A stretch of 64,000 bases of DNA from Gemmatimonadota bacterium. Lineage in GTDB: Bacteria; Gemmatimonadota; Gemmatimonadetes; Palauibacterales; Palauibacteraceae. Made by a program: the position numbers and the translations under genes. The notes beneath the pieces are model-generated. The model did not search any database and was not told where the DNA came from. It saw only the letters and a list, made by a program, of their open reading frames with translations. The stretch spans positions 1,376,001 through 1,440,000 of the forward strand of contig OZ220691.1 in NCBI GenBank assembly GCA_965116475.1, written 5' to 3'. Positions 49,279-59,221 of this stretch are shown piece by piece (position 1 is the stretch's first letter; the number at the start of each line of letters is the position of its first letter).

Positions 49279-51683
49279 CGAGAAGCGTTCCAGCGGTCGT
49301 CCACCTTGCGGCGGCGTTTCCGCACTGCCTTCAGCATCCGGTTCTGGTAGTCGATGGGGCGCTCGTCCGGCGCGGGCTCGCACAGCACGTACTCTCCGGT
49401 CGGCCGCAGTTCCCAGGCTCGCTGATTGTCGCGAAGGGCGAAGCGCAGCGTCTTGCGAAGGCGTTTCCGGATCCGCTTGTCGCGGACGGGCAGCAGCACT
49501 TCGACGCGGTCGTCGAGGTTCCGGCGGCGCCAGTCCGCGCTCCCGATCCACACCTCGGGGCTCCCGTCATTGTCCCACCAGAAGATCCGGTCGTGTTCCA
49601 GGAACCGTCCCACGATGCTGCGGACGCGGATGTTCTCGCTGAAGCCGGGGATCCCCGGGCGGAGCCGGCACTGGCCCCGGATGATGAGGTCGATCTCCAC
49701 GCCGGCCGCGGAGGCGGCGTAGAGGGCGCGGATCATCTTCGGATCGTCGAGACCGTTCATCTTCATGACCATGCGACCCTTCCGGCCGGCCTCGACATGG
49801 GAGATCTCGCGCTCGATCCGCGCGGTGAGGGCCTGCCGCAGGTCGCGGGGCGCCACGATGAGTTCCTCGTACTGCTGGTCGGGGGCGTATCCGGTGAGGT
49901 AGTGGAACAGGTTCACGGCGTCGCGGCCGATTTCCGGGCGCGCCGTGAGGATCCCGATGTCCGCGTAGATCTGCGCGGTCTCGGAGTTGTAGTTGCCGGT
50001 GCCGATGTGGCAGTAGGTGCGGATCTCGTCCGCCTCCTCGCGGACGACGAGCGCGACCTTCGCGTGCGTCTTCAGCCCGACGAGCCCGTACGTCACGTTG
50101 ACGCCCGCCTCCTCCAGCACGGACGCCCACTCCATGTTGTCGGCCTCGTCGAAGCGGGCCGTGACCTCCACGAGGACGGCGACCGCCTTGCCCGCCTCGG
50201 CCGCGCGCACCAGCGCGGCGATGATCCGCGAGTGCTCCGCCGTCCGGTAGAGCGTCTGCTTGATGGCCACGACCGCGGGATCCGCGGCAGCCTCCTCGAT
50301 GAACTGCTGCACCGTCGCGGCGAAGGATTCGTACGGGTGGTGCACCATGAGGTCCCCCGCCCGAATCACCGTGAAGATGTCGGGGCGGTCCTCCGTCTCG
50401 CCTTCGCGGATCAGGCGGGGCGGGATCATCGGTTCCCAGGGTTCGTGGCGGTGCTCCCAGGGGCCCTCGGCCGCGATCTGCCAGAACCCCGACATCTCGA
50501 GCAGGCCGGGGATCTCGTACAGGTCTTCCTCGTCCAGCTCGAGCTGGCGCACCAGGAACTGGCGCACATCCGCGGGCATGCCCGGCTCGACCTCCAGGCG
50601 GACGACGCGCGCGAAGCGCCGCTCCCGAAGTTCCTCGGAGATCATCTGCAGGAGGTCGTCCGCCACCTCCTCGTCCCGGGCCACATCCGCGTTTCGCGTC
50701 ACGCGGAAGAGCGACGCGCTCTCGATCTTCATCCCCCGGAAGAGTTCGCCCGCGAAGTGCCGCACCACCTGCTCGACGGGGACCACGTGCCCGCTCTCCG
50801 GGAGTTCGACCCAGCGCAGCGCCGTGGGGATCTTCACCCGGGCGAAGTGGCGCGTCCGGAGTTCCGGGTGCTCGAGCATGAGGGCGAGCGAGAGGCTCAT
50901 GTTGGAGAGGAAGGGGAACGGGTGTCCCGGGTCGACGGCCAGCGGCGTGAGGATCGGATAGATGCGATCCGTGAACGCCCGGCGCACGTGCTCGCGCTCC
51001 TCCTCGTTCAGATCCCCGAAGTCGCGCACGGCGATGTCGAGTTCCGCCGCGAGGCGCGGCCGCAGGTCGTCCTCCCAGACCTCGGCCAGGCGGGTCCGCA
51101 TGGTGCGGACGCCCTCGCGCACGAGGTCCAGCTGTTCGGCGGGCTCCAGGCCGTCCGGCGAGGGCTTCACCACGCCGGCCCCGAGCACGCGCTTGAGGCC
51201 GCCGACCTGCTTCATCACGAATTCGTCGAGGTTGTTCTCCGTGATGGCGAGGAAGCGGAGTCGCTCCAGCAGCGGCGTCCGTTCGTCCATGGCCTGGTAG
51301 AGCACGCGCCAGTTGAAATCCAGCCAGCTGAGTTCCGCGTTGAAGTAGAGCGACGGGTGGCTCGGGTTCGCGCCGTCGGCAACGGGCGTCGGCACCGCGG
51401 CGCGCGGGAGCACCGGGACGCCCTTCACGCGGTGGCCGGCCGGCGGGGTCTCGCGCGTCCGGGGCTCGACCGCGGCGGCCCCGGGCGTCGCAGCTTCGGG
51501 CGTCGCAGCTTCGGGCGTCGCGGAAGGGTTCACGGCGGCGGCGCGGGGCGACGGCGGCGGAGAAATCGACGCGGGACGGCGGCTGCCGTGGTGGACCCAC
51601 GGCCGACGCGATGTATCCCGCACCGTATCCCGCACCGTATCCCGCGCGGTCTCCTTCGACGTTTCGTTCGACTCGGTTGACAT
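49275..51683 (-). CDS. ppk1: polyphosphate kinase 1
   Basis: N.ELSWL.FN.RV, HPFP, HHPYESF, IKQTLYR, ARFDE..N, KTHAK, GTGNYN, SIVGRFLEH, SAD...RNL..RVE; GGAGAG RBS. Confidence 0.96.
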   Translation of the reverse strand: MSTESNETSKETARDTVRDTVRDTSRRPWVHHGSRRPASISPPPSPRAAAVNPSATPEAATPEAATPGAAAVEPRTRETPPAGHRVKGVPVLPRAAVPTPVADGANPSHPSLYFNAELSWLDFNWRVLYQAMDERTPLLERLRFLAITENNLDEFVMKQVGGLKRVLGAGVVKPSPDGLEPAEQLDLVREGVRTMRTRLAEVWEDDLRPRLAAELDIAVRDFGDLNEEEREHVRRAFTDRIYPILTPLAVDPGHPFPFLSNMSLSLALMLEHPELRTRHFARVKIPTALRWVELPESGHVVPVEQVVRHFAGELFRGMKIESASLFRVTRNADVARDEEVADDLLQMISEELRERRFARVVRLEVEPGMPADVRQFLVRQLELDEEDLYEIPGLLEMSGFWQIAAEGPWEHRHEPWEPMIPPRLIREGETEDRPDIFTVIRAGDLMVHHPYESFAATVQQFIEEAAADPAVVAIKQTLYRTAEHSRIIAALVRAAEAGKAVAVLVEVTARFDEADNMEWASVLEEAGVNVTYGLVGLKTHAKVALVVREEADEIRTYCHIGTGNYNSETAQIYADIGILTARPEIGRDAVNLFHYLTGYAPDQQYEELIVAPRDLRQALTARIEREISHVEAGRKGRMVMKMNGLDDPKMIRALYAASAAGVEIDLIIRGQCRLRPGIPGFSENIRVRSIVGRFLEHDRIFWWDNDGSPEVWIGSADWRRRNLDDRVEVLLPVRDKRIRKRLRKTLRFALRDNQRAWELRPTGEYVLCEPAPDERPIDYQNRMLKAVRKRRRKVDDRWNASR

Positions 51684-51720
51684 ACGGCTCTCCCGGCCAC
51701 CTGCACGGCCATTTGCGAAC

Positions 51721-51745
51721 GCAGGGCTTGAATTATAAGCCCTGC
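51721..51745 (-). promoter_or_regulatory. inverted repeat enclosing a perfect TATAAT upstream of ppk1
   Basis: GCAGGGCTT-GAATTAT-AAGCCCTGC; minus-strand TATAAT at 51737-51732. Confidence 0.5.
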
Positions 51746-51797
51746 ACCCCCCGGCGCGCTCGTTTTCGCGCTCGCTTCCGCGCTCACCGGGGGCGCC

Positions 51798-53393
51798 TCA
51801 GCCGGAGGTGGGCGTCGCCGCGAGGTCGAACGTGACATACGGCTCGAGGCCGAAGATGCGGGCGAAGAGCTTCCCCTTCTTGCGCAGCGCCCACTGCTCG
51901 AGGAGCAGGCTTCCCCTCCGTTCGAGACGCAGTTCGAGCCGGTGCTCGTGCACGCGCGCCTCGATGCTGTGCACGCGCTGGAGGTGTTCGCGGTCGAGGG
52001 AGTCCGCGATGCGAAGGAGGGCGGCGAGCCGCTCCACGCGTTCGCGGTCGCGGGGGCCCAGATCGCGGTACAGGTAGTGGCCGCGGCGCGGTTCGGCCCG
52101 CCGGTGGTAGCGCGCCAGCAGGGCGACGAGCGGGAGTTCGTTCGGCGCGATGCCCGGGATCTCGCTGTGCTGGATCAGGTAGAGCGAGTGCTTGTGGTGT
52201 TTCGCGTAGGAGATGTGCTGCCCGATGTCGTGCAGGATCGCCCCCGCCAGCAGAATCCGCCGGTCGCGCGGTTCGAGGCCGTGGACCTCGGTGAGCTGAT
52301 CGAACAGGGAAAGGGCCAGCGCCGCGACGTGTCGTCCGTGGTCCTCATCGAAGAGGTATCTGCGCCCGAGCGTGAGCGCTCCCTCGTGGACGATCCGCTC
52401 CAGCCGCCCGAAGCCGGCCCCGCTCGTCAACTCGTCGACGAGGTCGAAGAGCACGCCCTCCTTCACGCCGACTCCGGGGACGAGAATCTCCTCGGCGCCC
52501 GCGAGTTCGGCGACGCGGTCGTACACGATCGCGGCGGGGAGAATCACATCGGCCCGGTCTTCGCGCAGGCCCAGCCGCCCGATGCGCTGGTTGTAGGAGA
52601 GGCGAGAGAACTCCTCGATCGCCATGGCGAGTTCCGCCCGCGCGATGCGGCGGGTTCCGTCGGCGGCGCTGTGGCCCGCGAGGCGGGCGAGTTCCTCGAT
52701 ATTGCCGCCGGTGGCGATGAGCTGGACCGGCGTCCAGTGCTTGCTCGCGTGCGGAATGCACAGGGTGGCGGCGTACTCCGCGAGCAGATTCGCGAAGTGC
52801 GCCGGGGCATCGTCCGCGCCGGTGAGTTCCTCGAGCAGCCGGACCGATCCCATCCGGTGCGACTCGCTCCACATGATCCCGGATTGATCCGCCAGCGAGA
52901 CCTCGACGCTCCCGCCGCCGAGATCCACGAGCATCCACTTGGCGTCGCCGAAATCGATCCGCTGCTTCACGGACATCCACACGAGCCGCGCCTCATCCGT
53001 GCCGGAGATGAGATCGAGCCGGATTCCCGCGTCCTCCCTGATGCGGCGGACGAGATCCGCGCCGTTGCGGCTCTCTCGAACCGCGCTCGTGGCCACGGCG
53101 CGCACATGCTCGATGCCCAGGCGGTCGATGTCCGCCCGGAAACCGCGGAACCCCTCGACGGTCCGGTCGATGGCGGAGGACGACAGCTCTCCGGTGAGGA
53201 AGGCCGAACGCCCGAGCCGGACGGGGACCCTCTCCGAGGCCAGTTCCACGTAGCGGTTGGGGTCGCTGAACTCGGCCGCGACGAAGCGAAACGCGTTCGA
53301 CCCCACATCGATGGCGGCGACGCGGAGCGGGAACGGGAGCGGCTCCCGGCCGTCGGCGGTCCCGCGTGGCAGTGGTGGCGTCGTAAGCTGCAT
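51798..53393 (-). CDS. ppx: Ppx/GppA exopolyphosphatase with C-terminal HD domain
   Basis: AIDVGSN, ATSAVRE, E.RL, DLGGGS.E, RAD.I.P, LHDIG..I....HHKHS; start uncertain (53393 or 53417). Confidence 0.92.
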   Translation of the reverse strand: MQLTTPPLPRGTADGREPLPFPLRVAAIDVGSNAFRFVAAEFSDPNRYVELASERVPVRLGRSAFLTGELSSSAIDRTVEGFRGFRADIDRLGIEHVRAVATSAVRESRNGADLVRRIREDAGIRLDLISGTDEARLVWMSVKQRIDFGDAKWMLVDLGGGSVEVSLADQSGIMWSESHRMGSVRLLEELTGADDAPAHFANLLAEYAATLCIPHASKHWTPVQLIATGGNIEELARLAGHSAADGTRRIARAELAMAIEEFSRLSYNQRIGRLGLREDRADVILPAAIVYDRVAELAGAEEILVPGVGVKEGVLFDLVDELTSGAGFGRLERIVHEGALTLGRRYLFDEDHGRHVAALALSLFDQLTEVHGLEPRDRRILLAGAILHDIGQHISYAKHHKHSLYLIQHSEIPGIAPNELPLVALLARYHRRAEPRRGHYLYRDLGPRDRERVERLAALLRIADSLDREHLQRVHSIEARVHEHRLELRLERRGSLLLEQWALRKKGKLFARIFGLEPYVTFDLAATPTSG

Positions 53394-53506
53394 CGGGGGC
53401 AACCTAGTGAACGACACCGGCCGAATCGATGCCGGCCTGCTTCTGTCCCCGGCCCGCGCGCGGAGGCATCTTGGTGCTTCACGATCAAGCTCCCGGAGGT
53501 TTCCGC

Positions 53507-54826
53507 ATGTCCGTCATCGCTCCAGCGGCCCCCGCGTCCCGACGCTTCCGACTCGCACGCCGTGCGAGCGTCCTGTTCGTCTGCCTGGCTTCCCCGGCGC
53601 CGCTGGCCGGCCAGAGCCAGGCGATCGCCTTCACCGGCGCCTCGGTCATCGATCCGGCGACGTCCGGCGTCCTCTCGGACGCGACGGTCGTGGTGCGGGA
53701 GGGGGTCATCGTTTCCGTGGAGGAGGGGGGCGAAACGCCCGCCGCGGCGCGCACGATCGACCTCGGCGGCCGCTTTCTCGTTCCCGGTCTGATCGACGCC
53801 CATGTCCACATCGGGACGCTCGAGGCGGCCCGCCGGGCCCTGCTCTCCGGCGTCACGACGGCGCGCAGCATGGGGGCGGGGTTCTTCGCCGACGTCGGCC
53901 TGCGGGAACTGTTCCGGCGCGGGAGCCTGCCCGGTCTGGAGATCCTCGCCGCGGGCTACCACGTCCGGCCCCGCCCGGCGGAGGGACTCTTCCTCGATGA
54001 GCCGGGGCTGAGCGACCTCCTCGGGCGCGACGCGCGCGGCCCCGAGGCGCTGGAGCGCCTGGCGCAGGCGATGCTCGACCGCAGCGTGGATTTCATCAAG
54101 GTCAACGCGACCGAACGCGCGGGCCTGCCGGAAACCGACCCCCGCAAGCCGTTCTTCACGGAGGCCGAACTGTCGGCGCTGGTGGCGGAGGCGTCGCGGG
54201 GCGGCGTCCCGGTGGCGGCGCACGCGCACGGAGACCGCGGCGGCCGGGCCGCGGTCGCGGCCGGCGTGCGGAGCATCGAGCACGGGACCTATCTCCGCGA
54301 CGAGACGCTCCGCCTCATGCGGGAGCGGGGCACCTACCTGGTGCCGACGATCGCCGTCGTATCCGATCTCACCGTCCCCGGTGGCGACTACGACGATCCG
54401 GTGCTCCAGGTGCGCGGGCGGCACATGCTGCCCCGCGTCCGGGAGACGGCGGCATCCGCCCACGCGCTCGGCGTGCCGCTCGTTGCCGCCACGGACACCG
54501 GCTACGGGTCCGGGAGCGTCCTTCGCATGAGCCACGAGCTGATGGAGTTCGTGGGAATCGGGATGAGCGAACTCGATGCGATCCGGGCCGCGACCACGGT
54601 CGCGGCGGAGTTGCTCGGGATCGCGGACCGCACGGGACGGGTCGCGGCGGGGTTCGAGGCGGACCTCCTCGTCCTCGACCGCAACCCGCTCGATGACATC
54701 GGCCAGTATCAGGATGTGCTGTTCGTGATGAGCGATGGCGTGATCGCGCTCGACCGGCTCGACTTCCGCGCGGATGCGATCCGGACGGATCAGACCGGGA
54801 CGGAGGAGATCGGGACGCAGCCATGA
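53507..54826 (+). CDS. secreted metal-dependent amidohydrolase (prolidase-like)
   Basis: Signal peptide, PGLIDAHVH, IK, AHAHG, SIEHG, TD, G..ADL.V...NPL. Confidence 0.88.
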   Translation: MSVIAPAAPASRRFRLARRASVLFVCLASPAPLAGQSQAIAFTGASVIDPATSGVLSDATVVVREGVIVSVEEGGETPAAARTIDLGGRFLVPGLIDAHVHIGTLEAARRALLSGVTTARSMGAGFFADVGLRELFRRGSLPGLEILAAGYHVRPRPAEGLFLDEPGLSDLLGRDARGPEALERLAQAMLDRSVDFIKVNATERAGLPETDPRKPFFTEAELSALVAEASRGGVPVAAHAHGDRGGRAAVAAGVRSIEHGTYLRDETLRLMRERGTYLVPTIAVVSDLTVPGGDYDDPVLQVRGRHMLPRVRETAASAHALGVPLVAATDTGYGSGSVLRMSHELMEFVGIGMSELDAIRAATTVAAELLGIADRTGRVAAGFEADLLVLDRNPLDDIGQYQDVLFVMSDGVIALDRLDFRADAIRTDQTGTEEIGTQP

Positions 54827-56256
54827 GCGAGGTCGCACCACTGGCCTATCTCGCGCTCCTCGCGCTGCTCGCCCCCTTCGGGGCGCATCGGCTGCGCCTG
54901 CTCTGGCTGCGGATGCGCCGGCCGGCCCCGGTGGAAGCGCGCGCCTGGGACGGCCCGCTCCCGGTCGTCACGGTACAGTTGCCCATCTTCAACGAAGCCA
55001 ACGTCGTCGAACGGCTCATCGACGCCGCCTGCCGCCTCCGCTATCCGGCCGACCGCCTCGAGATCCAGTTGCTCGACGACTCGGACGACGAGACGGTGGC
55101 GATCGCGGCGCGGCGCGTGCGCGAATGGCGGGCCCGCGGCATCGACATCCGGCACGTGCGGCGGGGATCCCGCGAGGGGTACAAGGCCGGCGCGCTCGCC
55201 CACGGGGTTTCCCTCGCCCGCGGCGACTTCCTGCTCGTGCTGGACGCGGATTTCGTCCCGCCCCCGGAGTTGATCCGGGAGTTGCTCCCCCCCTTCGCCG
55301 ACCCCGGCGTGGGGGCGGTGCAGGCGGCCTGGGATCACCTCTCGCCCGATGCGAGCTGGCTGACGCGGGCCCAGGCGCTGTTCCTCGACGCGCACTTCGC
55401 GATCGAGCACGAGGCGCGGTACCGCGCCGGCCTCTTCTTCAACTTCAACGGCTCCGGCGGCATGTGGCGCAAGGCGTGCGTACGGTCGGCCGGGGGTTGG
55501 CAGAGCGACACCCTGACCGAGGATGTCGACCTCAGCTACCGCGCCCAGCTCGCGGGCTGGCGTTTCGTGTACCGGGACGACGTTCGGGTCCCCGCCGAGC
55601 TGCCGGCGAACCTGCGCGCGGTGGAGATCCAGCAGAGCCGGTGGACGCAGGGCGGCATCCAGAGCGCGAAGAAGCTGCTGCCGCGGATCTGGCGCGCTCC
55701 CGTGCCGGCGGCGATCAAGTTCGAGGCGACGGCCCATCTCGTGGGACACGTCGTCCATCCGCTGACGCTCACAATGGCGGCGGCGCTCGCGGGGGCCGGG
55801 TGGGCGGCGGCGACCGGCTTCGGCCTTCCGGCCGCCGTTCATGTCGCCGCCGTGCTGCTCGCCACGGTGCCGTTCGTGCTCTTCTACGGGTCGGCCGGGT
55901 GGCTCCGCCGGCGCCGGCGCCTCGGGCGCCGCATCGTCGAAGCCCTGCTCCTCGGACTGGGGCTCGGCGTGCCCCTCACCTTCGCCGTCGCGCGGGCCTG
56001 CCGCGGGACCCGAACCCCCTTCGTGCGCACGCCGAAGCGCGGCTTCCAGCCCGTCGTGGCGTACCGGGTCCGGCTCTCGGGCGGGCCCGCGCTGCTGCGC
56101 CTGGCGCTCGCCGCGGCGCTCGCCGGCGCCGTCGTGAACACGGCGCTCGCCGGGTCACCCGCCGTCGTGCCCTTCACGGCCCTATTCGCCGCGGGCTACG
56201 CCCTCACGACGCGCGAGTCCCTGAGAACCCCGTCCGCGCCAACCATCCCAGGCTAG
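54823..56256 (+). CDS. processive GT2 (cellulose-synthase-like) membrane glycosyltransferase
   Basis: VQLP.FNE, DDS.D, GYKAGAL, DAD, TED, QQSRW, F.RTPK. Confidence 0.9.
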   Translation: MSEVAPLAYLALLALLAPFGAHRLRLLWLRMRRPAPVEARAWDGPLPVVTVQLPIFNEANVVERLIDAACRLRYPADRLEIQLLDDSDDETVAIAARRVREWRARGIDIRHVRRGSREGYKAGALAHGVSLARGDFLLVLDADFVPPPELIRELLPPFADPGVGAVQAAWDHLSPDASWLTRAQALFLDAHFAIEHEARYRAGLFFNFNGSGGMWRKACVRSAGGWQSDTLTEDVDLSYRAQLAGWRFVYRDDVRVPAELPANLRAVEIQQSRWTQGGIQSAKKLLPRIWRAPVPAAIKFEATAHLVGHVVHPLTLTMAAALAGAGWAAATGFGLPAAVHVAAVLLATVPFVLFYGSAGWLRRRRRLGRRIVEALLLGLGLGVPLTFAVARACRGTRTPFVRTPKRGFQPVVAYRVRLSGGPALLRLALAAALAGAVVNTALAGSPAVVPFTALFAAGYALTTRESLRTPSAPTIPG

Positions 56257-57516
56257 GAGGGCCAGCGGCGGCCCGTGGATCAGCCACGCCAGCCAGGCGG
56301 GTTCGGGCCACGCCCCCGTGGCGAGGTAGGCATCCCTCCCGGCGTATGCCAAAAACACGGTTCCGCTGAGCAGGAGCCATCCCCGGCTCGCCGAGAGGCA
56401 CGCGAAGGGAAGCACCCAGAGCAGATACCACGGGTGGAGGGTCGGGGAGAGGAGGAGGGCGGCTCCGATCGTCCACAGGAGGGCGCGTTCCAGCGGCCAG
56501 CGGCGGAGCGCGGCGCGGCAGGCGATGACGCCGACGACCGACGCACCGATCCACTTCGCCAGATCGGGGTGCCCCGGCAGCCGTTCGAGCAGCCGTTCGA
56601 GCAGAGGGTACAGGCCGCCGTTGAACGCCCAGATGTCCGCGTAGACCCGCAGACCGTCGAAGAGGGCCGGCCCCGCGCCCACATAGGGCACATAGAGAAG
56701 AATGGGTACGAGGACGGCGGCCGCGAGCGCCCCGGGCCCGCGCAGCCGGAAGAGCGCCGGGAGCGCGGCGAGGGGAGCGAACTTCACCGCGCCGCCGAGC
56801 CCCAGCAGGGCGCCGGAGCGCCACGCCGGGACCGCCGCGCTGCCGGCCAGCGCCACGGCGCCCAGCATGGGCGCGACCCCGAGCGGATCGAGGTGTCCGC
56901 TCCAGGCCACTTCGACGACGACGAGCGGAGACCAGAGATAGAGCAGGAGCGGGAGCACGCTCCCGCCGGACGAGAGCCTGTCGATGAGTCGCGCCACGAG
57001 CAGATCGGCCGCGAGCCACGCCAGCTTGAAGACCCACCACGCGGGGCCGGCCGAGGCCAGGAGCGCGAACACCATCTGGGCCCCCGGCGGATAGATCGTG
57101 GACACGTCCGCGTGATTGATGAGCGGCCACCACGCGGTGCGCAGCTCTTCGAGCGCCGTCGCGGAGGGGGGATGCGCGTAGGGATTCACGCCGTTGGACT
57201 GAACCCAGCCGTCCCAGATGTAGCGGTAGATGTCCTCGGAAAGGGCGGGCGCCGCGGGGAACACCCCCGCCCGAAGGGCGATCCCGGCGGTCCAGACGTG
57301 CCGGCGGATCGAACCCGTTCGGTACGGCACGGCCGCGTAGCCCGCCGCGCCGAGATAGGCCGCGAACGCCGCGACCCACAGCGGAATCGCCGGCCACGGC
57401 GTGCCGGATCCCCCCCAGGCCATCCCCCAGAGAGCCGCCGCCTCGACGGCGACGAGGAGCCAGAGCCAGCCCGGCCGGCCGGCGCCTGTGTCGGCGGGTG
57501 GCCCCGCCGAGGTCAC
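56182..57516 (-). CDS. GT-C fold membrane glycosyltransferase (GT87/DUF2029-like)
   Basis: SEDIYRY.WDG..Q..G.NPY, INH....TIYPP, W.P....E....GH.D, HPWY; many TM helices. Confidence 0.85.
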   Translation of the reverse strand: MTSAGPPADTGAGRPGWLWLLVAVEAAALWGMAWGGSGTPWPAIPLWVAAFAAYLGAAGYAAVPYRTGSIRRHVWTAGIALRAGVFPAAPALSEDIYRYIWDGWVQSNGVNPYAHPPSATALEELRTAWWPLINHADVSTIYPPGAQMVFALLASAGPAWWVFKLAWLAADLLVARLIDRLSSGGSVLPLLLYLWSPLVVVEVAWSGHLDPLGVAPMLGAVALAGSAAVPAWRSGALLGLGGAVKFAPLAALPALFRLRGPGALAAAVLVPILLYVPYVGAGPALFDGLRVYADIWAFNGGLYPLLERLLERLPGHPDLAKWIGASVVGVIACRAALRRWPLERALLWTIGAALLLSPTLHPWYLLWVLPFACLSASRGWLLLSGTVFLAYAGRDAYLATGAWPEPAWLAWLIHGPPLALLAWDGWRGRGSQGLARREGVARGE

Positions 57517-57824
57517 CGCCGGGCCGAACTGAAGAGCTGTCGCAGCATGGGCTCGGGAAGTTCGACGGCCCGCTCGACGACGCGCGCCACCGTTTCTTCC
57601 ATGATCACCGGAGCCGTGTCGTACTTCTCGTCGTCGAGCCGGAAGGAGAGCCAGCCCCGCACGAGATCTTCGGCGACCGGTTCGGCGATGACCAGGATCT
57701 TCCACCGGCGCGCCCCGTCATCGAGGCTGCCGATGGCGGTCTCCTGACCCGCTTCATCCCACATCCGCAATTGGGGGCGTCCCTCTTCGGCGCTGTCGCC
57801 TGCGTCGTACTGATCTTCCGGCAT
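57513..57824 (-). CDS. hypothetical protein
   Basis: GGAGG RBS, coding-like codon pattern, coupled (GTGA) to the downstream GT. Confidence 0.65.
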   Translation of the reverse strand: MPEDQYDAGDSAEEGRPQLRMWDEAGQETAIGSLDDGARRWKILVIAEPVAEDLVRGWLSFRLDDEKYDTAPVIMEETVARVVERAVELPEPMLRQLFSSARR

Positions 57825-57847
57825 CCCCCCTCCGATTCCACCGCGAT

Positions 57848-58249
57848 TCAATCGGTGTCCGGGGCCTCCTCCTCCGAACGCTGCCGCCACAGGCCCATCA
57901 GGTACGCTTCATACTCGTCAGGGGCAGCTTCGTAGTCGCGGCGCCACGTCTCGAAATCGGGCAACGGCACGCTCTCCCGCAGTCGCTTGGTGGCGAGTCG
58001 GACCATCGTCTGAAACCCCAGGCGCTCCTGGCCGAACGCCTGCGCCCGGGCTTCCTCTTCCACGATCTCGTAGATGCGCTCTTCGGAAAGGGAGAGGAAC
58101 ACTTCGGTGAGTTGAGCCGAGCAGTAGTCGGCGTATTTGGCCCGCAGTACGCCTTCGTCGGACTCCGATCCCCTCTCGGCATCCCGACCGGACGCTGCAC
58201 GCTCCGTATCGGAGGACACGGCTTTCCTCGGCTCGCAATCGCTGGCCAA
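57848..58249 (-). CDS. hypothetical protein
   Basis: Globular helical ORF (Y.DYCSA...LP.FE.W...Y); start uncertain (58249 or 58219). Confidence 0.7.
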   Translation of the reverse strand: MASDCEPRKAVSSDTERAASGRDAERGSESDEGVLRAKYADYCSAQLTEVFLSLSEERIYEIVEEEARAQAFGQERLGFQTMVRLATKRLRESVPLPDFETWRRDYEAAPDEYEAYLMGLWRQRSEEEAPDTD

Positions 58250-58383
58250 CCCCTCACCTCCCCACTCGCCACTCCCTGCGCGATGTAGCCCCGGGGGGGA
58301 CGGGCGTCAACGGTTGGCAGCCGCGGCAGCGACCGCGGTCGGCGACCTGATTCTCGCCGACGCGAACTCGTCGGCGGTTTCCT

Positions 58384-58566
58384 TCAGCGGTGTTTCGAGG
58401 CGGGAGTTTTCAGTTCTTCGAAGATGATGCGGCGGGCCAGGACGTACTGGATGGCACGCTCCAGGAACTCGGGATCTCGCTGGCGCACGGCCTCCACATC
58501 GGCAGCAAGCTCCTTGGGAAGATCCACGACGACGTTGACGAGGCTACAGTCGGATGATGCCATCAT
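58384..58566 (-). CDS. small hypothetical protein (strand-helix-helix, possibly ribbon-helix-helix-like)
   Basis: VNVVVDLP-KELAADVEAV-DPEFLERAIQYVL pattern. Confidence 0.6.
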   Translation of the reverse strand: MMASSDCSLVNVVVDLPKELAADVEAVRQRDPEFLERAIQYVLARRIIFEELKTPASKHR

Positions 58567-59018
58567 AGTCAGGGGCACACTCGCAAGAAAATTCGAGGGT
58601 TTCGCTCTCCGTATCGGAACGGACCCCGGCGGTCCGCAGCAATCAGGGGCCGTGCATTTCCCATCGCGCTTTGAGGATAGGATCGACGTTCCCGCGCCTG
58701 CAAGCGGTCGACCCGTTCCCCCTTGGATCGGGAGATTGTGTAAGGAGATCGCAACGAGTTGTACGGTAGCTTGTTACGTCACTGTTGAATGTTCGTCCAA
58801 AACTGCCGATCGCGTGTGGATTGTGCCGGTAATCCACCGCCGGTCGGCGGCGCTCGCGTGCAGCGTTCATGCCCGTTACACGCGGTGATGAACGGGCTGC
58901 GGCGGCGACCCGCAGGAACGGGCGCCCGGATGATTTTTTACGAAAAATATGGATTGCCGCCGATACGCGGCCGGCGCGCCGGATGCTTCGCCGTTGGGGG
59001 TCCGGCGGCCTCCGGCAA

Positions 59019-59066
59019 GCCCCGTTGCGAGCCCCGTTATGGGCCCGACTGCGAGCCCCGTTGCGG
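59019..59066. repeat. 12-bp tandem repeat x4
   Basis: GCCCCGTTGCGA-like units. Confidence 0.8.
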
Positions 59067-59221
59067 GCGCCCTCGAACGGGGCCGGCGCGGGGTTTCGCC
59101 GCGGGCTGCCGGCGCGCGTTCGACCGTGCGACGCGGGGGGCGGACGGCTATGCTGTGCGCTTCACCCCCCGCGGGGCGACCGGGACGGGGGGACGGCCTG
59201 ACAGCGGACGGAAACGGAGGA

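Noticed and set aside
58569..58870. Small ORFs 58569..58754 and 58643..58870, or a known riboswitch
   Set aside because: Non-coding-like codon usage, and I could not match conserved riboswitch, SRP or 6S motifs by eye.
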